A model generated the notes under the pieces. The model ran no database searches. It was given only the letters and a program-made list of their open reading frames with translations, and was not told where the DNA came from. Both the position numbers and the translations under genes were made by a program. A DNA stretch of 63,389 nt, counting the filler, from Choristocarpus tenellus KU-1152 (lineage: Eukaryota > Protista > Phaeophyceae), in the NCBI GenBank assembly GCA_964200185.2. It is 10 parts of 10 records of this genome, joined end to end, with 100 filler letters (N's around TTAATTAATTAA, not from the genome) between each part and the next. Parts side by side here need not be neighbours in the genome. Positions count along the whole stretch, not along the records: positions 44,793 to 54,269 come from CAXNAD020003648.1; positions 54,370 to 58,209 come from CAXNAD020017627.1; positions 58,310 to 63,389 come from CAXNAD020011942.1; 7 more parts are not named here. One strand, 5' to 3'. Below, piece by piece: positions 53,634 to 63,389 of this stretch (position 1 is the first letter of the stretch; every line of letters begins with the position of its first letter).

Positions 53634-54536
53634 GTGCGACTGACTGACTTGATGCGATTTCGGTAATATTTAACTTCAACATACCCTATTTTGTTGTGCT
53701 GTAATATAGGGTTAGGGGGTTGTTGTAAGGTTTTTGTTTTGTTTGGGGTGTGGTTGTGTTTGTCTCTCTATCTCTCTATCTCTCTCTCTCTCTTATAGTT
53801 ATATCGTTGTTGTTCTTATTGTTTTAGGGGAAGGGAAGGGTGAGAAAGGGCTCTGCAACTTTTTTTGTAGTTTATAAGGTATTTCTTTTCCGGTCATTTA
53901 TTGAACTGTTAGGTATTTTTCCACTGTGCTTGATCAAAAATTATACACGATGTCACGTTATACGTACTACATAAATAATGCATATAGACATACATGTAAC
54001 ATATAACATAGACGCCTACTTATTTTTACAAGTTGTGCATGCTTGTTCAAACAAATATTTTGTCGTGCCTTTCTGTTCATGGAAGTAGTATTGGTGTTGT
54101 ACAATTCTTGTGTTCAAAATTTTACATTTTTTTGCATGTATTATTATTATTATTATTATTATTTTGCCTCTGTCTTTCTATTTTTTAATTCTGTTTTTAT
54201 TAGTAGTGTCCCTTTCTGTTCCTAACTTCTTTCTCTCCTTTTCCTTTTTCTTTCGCTTTTTTTTTTTTTNNNNNNNNNNNNNNNNNNNNNNNNNNNNNNN
54301 NNNNNNNNNNNNNTTAATTAATTAANNNNNNNNNNNNNNNNNNNNNNNNNNNNNNNNNNNNNNNNNNNNCCCCACCCTTCCCCCAAATACCTGACCTTAC
54401 AGCACTGTTAACTCATTATTTTGCGGTCACGTATGCTCCTGATGTTATCTGCTGCCCCTCCCCTCTCTAATGCCATGCGTGTGTTTCCTCTCCTCTCCTC
54501 TCCCCCTTACGTGTCTACTTTTTTTTTATTGTGTAG

Positions 54537-56887
<2,351 letters not shown>

Positions 56888-57542
56888 GTGAGACTAGCTA
56901 GATGATAATATTATTATTATTACTATTTATATTTTTTTGTTTGTATCAGCGCGAAGTTTGCTAAACCAACATCAGAGTCATTCTTAAAGCAATTCGTTGA
57001 TTAGTTGGTAAGAGCTGGTTCTCTGCCCCCACCCCCCCTCCCACCCCCACCCCTCGATTCTCTTTGTGACTGTGAACCCTAACACTATATCGCCCTGAAA
57101 AAGTCGGGTCAAGGGCTTTTAGATGCTAGATGAGAGATTTCCACCAATCAGATAGTGAGGGGATCGCCTGATAGGTGTAACCTTGAGAGGTATATTGTCT
57201 TATGTACACAAACTACTGACATTATGTATTCATTACTCCATAATGTCCCATGTTTTTTGGATAGTAGTCATATGCAGTATTGCTGATTCTGACAATTTTT
57301 TCGTTGTTGCCGTGACCCTGACCTTGGTGAGTGTTATACTGCAATAGTGTAGTTTGATATATTCTTGAAACATTTTTTTTTTCTGTGTAGTTTTTTATTT
57401 TGTGAAGTGCTTTTAGGGTTAGGGTTAGACATGCTGCTGACAGAGGGATAGGCAGTGTGTTTCTATGAGTATTCTTATTAACAGGGCTTGGTAGTATGCA
57501 GGCAGGCGGTGTTGGGGAGTAGATGAAGTTGGAACTGAGATG

Positions 57543-57800
57543 GAGTTAGGGTATCTTTGAGGGTACGAGTGTTATCCTGTTTGTCTGTTTGAGGCGTGGC
57601 TTCCCACAGATTTTTTATAACATTTTCCTACTGGGGAATGTTTCAGAGTACAATTACTCCACTAAGTCAACATTGCCGTTACGTTGTACCAGTACAAGGA
57701 TAATGACACTTAACAAACACGATAGTCAAAATTACATCAAAATCACAACATTGGATTTTGGCCCCCAAATGAATGCGGCTCTACCCTCTAAGACACTTTC
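57543..57800 (-). mobile_element. MITE family A, degenerate
   Basis: GGGTACGAG...CCCCCAAATG...CTACCCTCTAAGACACTTT; ends eroded. Confidence 0.8.
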
Positions 57801-58346
57801 AAAAAATACCCCTTTCCTCCCCCCCCAAAAAAATCAACTTGGGATAACTCATGCGATGGCATCAAAATGTAACACGATAGGAGTCTATGTGGTTGAAAAG
57901 ACAACGGATTGGTTTGTTTCTGCTATGCAGTGGGTGTCTTGAAGCTCAAGGTGGAGATGGTATGGTGTACAGGGCATGGGAGGAGGTGATTGATTCAGGG
58001 GACTTGCACGAACAATGATCTGAGTTGAGGATGACACCACCATACCTCCACAACAGAGAAGAGGAAGAGGAGTGGAGTGGAGTAGAAGAAAAAACAATAG
58101 AAATTCTCGAGCGCCAAGAGTTTGTTTTGAGTCACCCCCCCCCCCAGGTACTTTGAGCCAAATGGTGTGCTTATGGGATAAGATCGGTACCGAAAAGGAA
58201 TCGATAGTGNNNNNNNNNNNNNNNNNNNNNNNNNNNNNNNNNNNNNNNNNNNNTTAATTAATTAANNNNNNNNNNNNNNNNNNNNNNNNNNNNNNNNNNN
58301 NNNNNNNNNTTGAGAAAAAACAGGGTGCCGGAGGAGGAAGCAAGAG

Positions 58347-58526
58347 TGGGGGGGGGGGGGGGGGGGGGGGGGGGGGTCTACACCCGGGGGTCCATTTGGG
58401 TCAAAATCAGGAAAAGGGTATTTACAGCATCCATCCGACGTATGCAACCAAATCACCCAAAAATCGCGACAATAAAAAATTGCCCCCAAATTTACAGCCG
58501 TCATCCCCTCCCAGATACTTTGAGCC
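58347..58526 (-). mobile_element. MITE family B interrupting gypsy RT
   Basis: Poly-G...GTCCATTTGGGTC...CCCAGATACTTTGAGCC abuts RT sequence. Confidence 0.85.
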
Positions 58527-60130
58527 GCATCGTACTTCTTTGGGTTCAAATAGGATCTTTGACGGTTTCAAAGTTAAGTCTGCCTCTTGTAACGATTTGA
58601 ATCGCTGTTCTAGTAAGTGTATATGTCCCTCCCATGTGGGAGAACAAGTAATCAGATCATCCATGTAAACTAGGAACCCACCACTCAATGGACCAAAGTT
58701 GGCAAAGGCTAAGGTCATGATTCTTAGAAATTGCCAAGGGGCATTAGATATCTCAAAGGGCATCCTCTTAAAAACATATTGCCTCTGGACGTGACAAAAG
58801 CAGCTTTATCAATGTCATCTTCACCTACAGGAATTTGCTAACATGCACTCTGAATATCACAAACGGTGATATATTTTGCATCCCCAACAGTATCAATATG
58901 AGACTCCATATCAAGGATAGGCCAAGTCTGTCGAATAAGGTGTTTGTTAACAGTTGACCCATAGTACACACAGAATCGTGGGGAGCCATCAGATTTGGCC
59001 ACAATACTAACAGGACTACCCCAAGGGCTGGCGCGTTTTTTCAATAGTGCCTTGCTCTTCCATAGTATTAACACACGAGTCAATTACTTGTTGAGTACGG
59101 GGGTTTGCTCTGTAAGGGTTCCCGTTAACAGGTTTGGTACCATGCTCTATAGGAATTTCTGCTTCGGCTAGGGTACATCTGCCTAGTTCTGATGCATTCA
59201 ACGAAAATACCAATCTATAACGAGCTCAGAGGTCTAAAAGTTGAGACACTTGTGATTGATTGAACGTGGTATCTTTGAATGCATTTGACTTATTGAAGGC
59301 TTGGTATAACTCCTCTCTAGCTTTACTGTATGGAGCAGAATCCGTATTTAGAGCACTAACAGTGATTGGCATCTGATCAGAAACTGGGGTTAAGCAACCT
59401 ATCACAAGATGCTTCTTGATACGGACCTTTCGTGCTGTTGGATTTGGCATTTGAACCAATACTGATCTATTACTTGCTGACCAAGTACTGAGAGTGCGAG
59501 CAGCAATGATACGATTCCATGGGTGTGTAGGTTCAGTGGTTTGATCTACAGTAGGCATGGAATGTATGACTGGCTCCGCTACTACGGCAGTATCCAACGG
59601 CGGACAAGTATCAGTTGTGCAACGTACGATGATTTCATGACCAGGTGGTATGATATACAGTTTATGTACACGAACGGGTACAGGGTCAAAATCATTTTGC
59701 ACACTCACCACAGAGCACGAAGGAGTGGTACTTGTATCACGTACTTGAATGGGGCTCCTTGTCACGTGATGTCTCGCTGGAATGGTACACGAACTGTTGT
59801 GAAATGAAAGATGTTGTTCTTGCCAATCAAGGATTGCACCGAAGGCCTGCATAACACTATTATCAAGCAGAAGATTATCAGGACCAAGTTGGGGAATCAC
59901 TAAAGCTTCAACTGGAAATGCGGTGTCACCAAGTGTAAGTGCTAAACGAATAAGGATATGCAAAGGTGAACCGTTTGCTGTACGTAGATTTATTGCACCA
60001 GGTGGGACAGGTTGCACATCAAAACGTTTCAGTTGACGGTGATTGCGAACAAATATATTTGAAAGACATGGTACATTACTAGCTGTATCAATGGTCAAGT
60101 CATTTCTTCGTGTTCTTCAACGGTGCCAGA

Positions 60131-60390
60131 GAGTCAAAGTATCTTAGAGGGTAGAGCCGCGTCCGTTTTGGGGCCAAAATCCACTGTTGCAATTTTGATG
60201 TACGTTTGGCTGTCGTGTTTGCTAGGAAGTATCAGTATCCTTATTCCGAACAATCCTTTTTGATAATGTACACATTGTACCTACTTCGAAACATTTCGGC
60301 GTAGGAAAATGTCATAAAAAAGTAGTGGGAAAGCCAAGCTCCAAACGGACAAATGGGGCAAAACTCGTACCCTCTAAGATACCTTCACTC
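60131..60390 (+). mobile_element. MITE family A inserted in the gypsy element
   Basis: TIRs; TSD AGA. Confidence 0.93.
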
Positions 60391-62033
60391 AGATACACGA
60401 ACCCTTTGCGATGAAAACGATGAAGGTTTGGGCATGGATGGGTATCTGTACAAAGAACTGTTGAACCAAGTTTCATTCTTATTACACGAGTTTGGTTGAA
60501 CTAACGGCAAAGAAAAATGCTTAGTGACACGTGCATGCAATAAACAATGCCTGCGGTGCAAGAGGTGCGACTGGTGTCAATCTCTGACGCTTGCCACTCC
60601 CTACGATGGTGTCAACAACACCATGGCTGTTCCCAAGTGGACAGGAGTCATATCCACCTGGGCACCCCTAGGGACGAGGACCATAATGGCCCGGTACTGA
60701 CTGACTATCCCCACGAACACGAACACGACTTCCATGATTCCTGCCTCTATGACGCAAGTGTGGTAAACGAGCACCCCTCGGATTGTCCAGGCACGACTGG
60801 GTTGTGTAACCCTCACGAGCCGCTGCCTGGCAACCCGGGTACTGGCACACTCTAATTTGGTGATCCATGGTGTACTGCGAGTTGGACGGTGACTCTGCGT
60901 AGGGTGATGTGTCTTGGGGTCGTGTAGCTCTGTCAATGGCCCTGGCCCTGGGAGATGGACTTGTCAACGATCGAGCTGGGGCCCTGTTGAGAGGTGTTTC
61001 CTGTTTGTAGATAGTTCTGCTGATACACTATAGACTCCACTGGTGGATTATGTGATAGGGTAGAGAGCCAGCGGCAGATATATTATATGTACTGATTCAT
61101 AGTGTTGATTGGTTTTTATATCATGTTCAAGATACACTTTCTATACATGTATAAGATAAGTAAATAAGTAGTTCATAGTGTGGACGATTACAAACCCCAC
61201 ACAATAGAAATTATATTGGTAGTTTAGGCTGGTCTCATCCACATACTCAGTCAGTGGAATCGAGACCATAAGCCCTCTTGTAATATTAACTTTGCTCATC
61301 TACATTAAGCTGTTCTTTGTCCTTCATTAAAGCACCAAAGCCGCGGGTCCAGTGTGGGATACTTCAACATTTCCCCCGCTTGGTGATGTTCCACATCTGC
61401 ACGCAGCCTTTGACATTCGCGCTGCAATTACTCAAACTCTGTACGGGGGACCTGTCCACGACGAGGATTGTGGGTAACAGCACTCGTAAAAGTTGTTATG
61501 GGGGTGGGGTTATTGCCAGACAGGTTGTTGGCTTAACGCCATTTGGCACGGTCACGAGCTTGGGCAAATGAGGTGGCGGGTTCGTCCCCCGAATCTGTTC
61601 AAGATGAATTGCAGGGAGTAAGCCGTCTTCCATGAGGGTTATTTCCAGCTGCTCGACAAGCAAGGTTTTTGTGTCGACTGAATCTGAGGACGATGTTGTG
61701 CGATGAACATAATTTAAAACACGATTCACTTCTGTGGTGAAACGTAAAGTGTATTTGTCAACCAAATCGTTCTCCCCCTGTTTCAAGGACGTTAGTCTAC
61801 AAGCTGATACACTTACAGCATAGGCGGGGGTAAATGCGGCGATCAAGGCTTTCTGGACATCATCCCAAGTCTTTGGAGGTGTAATGGGGACAAGGGTGTC
61901 AAGGGATGATTGCAATCGAGCCAAATCACTTGTTGGATGCCACTCTACTGTACCTGTCAACGCCTGAAAATACAAGGTTTCAGCGCTGGTCCTTGAAGAA
62001 TTTTCGGTAAAATTCTACACACCGAGCATTAAT

Positions 62034-62213
62034 GGCTCAAAGTATCTGGCGGGGGGTGGCGGCTGTCCATTTGGGGTCAATTTTTTTTTTTTTCGATTTT
62101 TGGATGATTTGGTGGCATACGTCGGATGGATAGTGTAAATGCACTTTTCCTGATTTTGACCCAAAAAGGACACCCTCGTGTAGACCCCCCCCCACCACCA
62201 GATACTTTGGGTC
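62034..62213 (+). mobile_element. MITE family B inserted in gypsy gag
   Basis: TIRs; flanked by TAAT/TAAT; empty paralogous site at ~37615. Confidence 0.93.
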
Positions 62214-63389
62214 TAATTGTCTCAGGGGATGCGGGACCATACTGACTAGAATGCAAGGACATTGCCACGTGCCATTTAGAGAACAGGAGTGGCAAATTTT
62301 CTTCTCCAGAACCCGTAATTGTCAGCCCAGATGGTATTTCCGAAGTGGAAAACCTGAAACGACTCCCTTCTGACAGCAGTTGTGGGTGTGCGACGTCGCT
62401 ACTCTGCTCAACGGATCTCAGTGATAGGTTTGCCCGTTCCCCAAACTTGGAGCTTAGCAGGTCCTGAAGCCATTCAGGAGGCACGGTGTTCGTTCTTGCA
62501 TACTTGCTGACGTTGTGTGCGATGAACGCTGGTACAACATCATCGAACTTGGCCTGCGAAATGGCCACCTCACAAGCATTAGAATTTGGAGGCAGGACCG
62601 GTTCTTCCTGAAAGAGAACCCAACGAGTGTTACATTTGCCCGAGCTAACACGATGCTCAAGGGTTGACGACACGGGCCTGGTATGAGCCTGCTGGTCTGT
62701 ACGAGGGAAAGGAGGGGAACCGCGTCTACGGTCAGTAAGTGTTATGGTACTGGATGACGTCGAGTCGATACTAGACGGGTCAGAATCAATATGGGTTGAA
62801 GACTCCATGTTTTCCGTGGACTCGTGGCCTTGGACCTAGTCTTCTGGTGCTCTGGATGGCTCCAGATCTGGAGTTATGCGCTCTTGTGCACGACGTGTTC
62901 GACTCAATCTTGAGTTCGGTATCTTTCGTCCGTAGTCAAACAGAAATTCCCTGTCACCCTATTTCTGAGGACTCAGGTGTCGCCAATGTGAATGTGAGAG
63001 TTTATATAGTAATTCTGAGTTTTGTGGGCGGAAGAATTCTGGTTGGCTGGGGGCACAGGACAAGGGAAGGCAGTGGAAAGAAAAAGAAGGAAGCAGGAAG
63101 AGAACGAATAGTTAGAGAAGGGGAGAAAGGATAATGGAACGAGTGGTAGGAAGAGGGTTCAGTAAGTAATAAGAGGGCTGAGAACCAGGGGTACATGACA
63201 AGGAGGGGAGACCAAGGCAACCCCCAAGCAAGCTCTCGCCGGAGTGGATCAAAACAGAACCCGGACAATCTTTCCGACAGCTGGAAGGGAGAAAGGTTCG
63301 AGGGGAGGGGCGGAGATGCTTGAGAAGCGAATACGGAAATGGTAAGAAAAGGTCGACAAGGTAAGGGGGCTGGTGACTGAGACGATTAA

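Larger units (their letters stand above)
58527..63389 (-). mobile_element. Ty3/gypsy LTR retrotransposon, degenerate: 5' LTR (62987 to window end), PBS, gag (62808-61496), protease (~60100-59226), RT (~59213-58527)
   Basis: LTR end ...TCACA followed by TGGCGACACC (PBS-like). Protease IDTAS. RT motifs SPWGSPVSIVAKSDGSPRFCV, MPFEISNAP, VYMDDLIT. Frameshifts, stops and MITE insertions present. Confidence 0.9.

Overview
Eukaryotic, intron-rich genomic DNA. The lineage is probably a photosynthetic stramenopile or brown alga (inferred from long GT-AG introns, interstitial TTAGGG repeats and the gene set). The window is not contiguous: it is 10 contigs joined by an artificial 100-bp linker (44 N + TTAATTAATTAA + 44 N), so adjacency across linkers is meaningless. 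Spliced genes reconstructed by hand: a membrane-anchored PLOD-type 2OG-Fe(II) dioxygenase (complete), a Gal-3-O-sulfotransferase-like gene with a GC-AG intron, WDR4/Trm82, the last two exons of DDX23/Prp28 (absent from the ORF track), TM9SF, IMPDH and two unknown proteins. Most ORFs in the track are spurious. The rest is dominated by transposons: a Ty3/gypsy element (LTR-PBS-gag-PR-RT), a Ty1/copia 5' end with a half-tRNA-type PBS, a mariner with Stowaway-like TIRs, and decayed copia, piggyBac-like and MULE-like remnants. The most notable signal is about 25 copies of three related MITE families that share a G(A/G)(G/C)(T/C)CAAAGTA terminus and make sequence-nonspecific 3- or 4-bp target-site duplications. 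They include one nested self-insertion and one filled/empty site pair inside the window. No prokaryotic-type system (CRISPR, operon) is supported.
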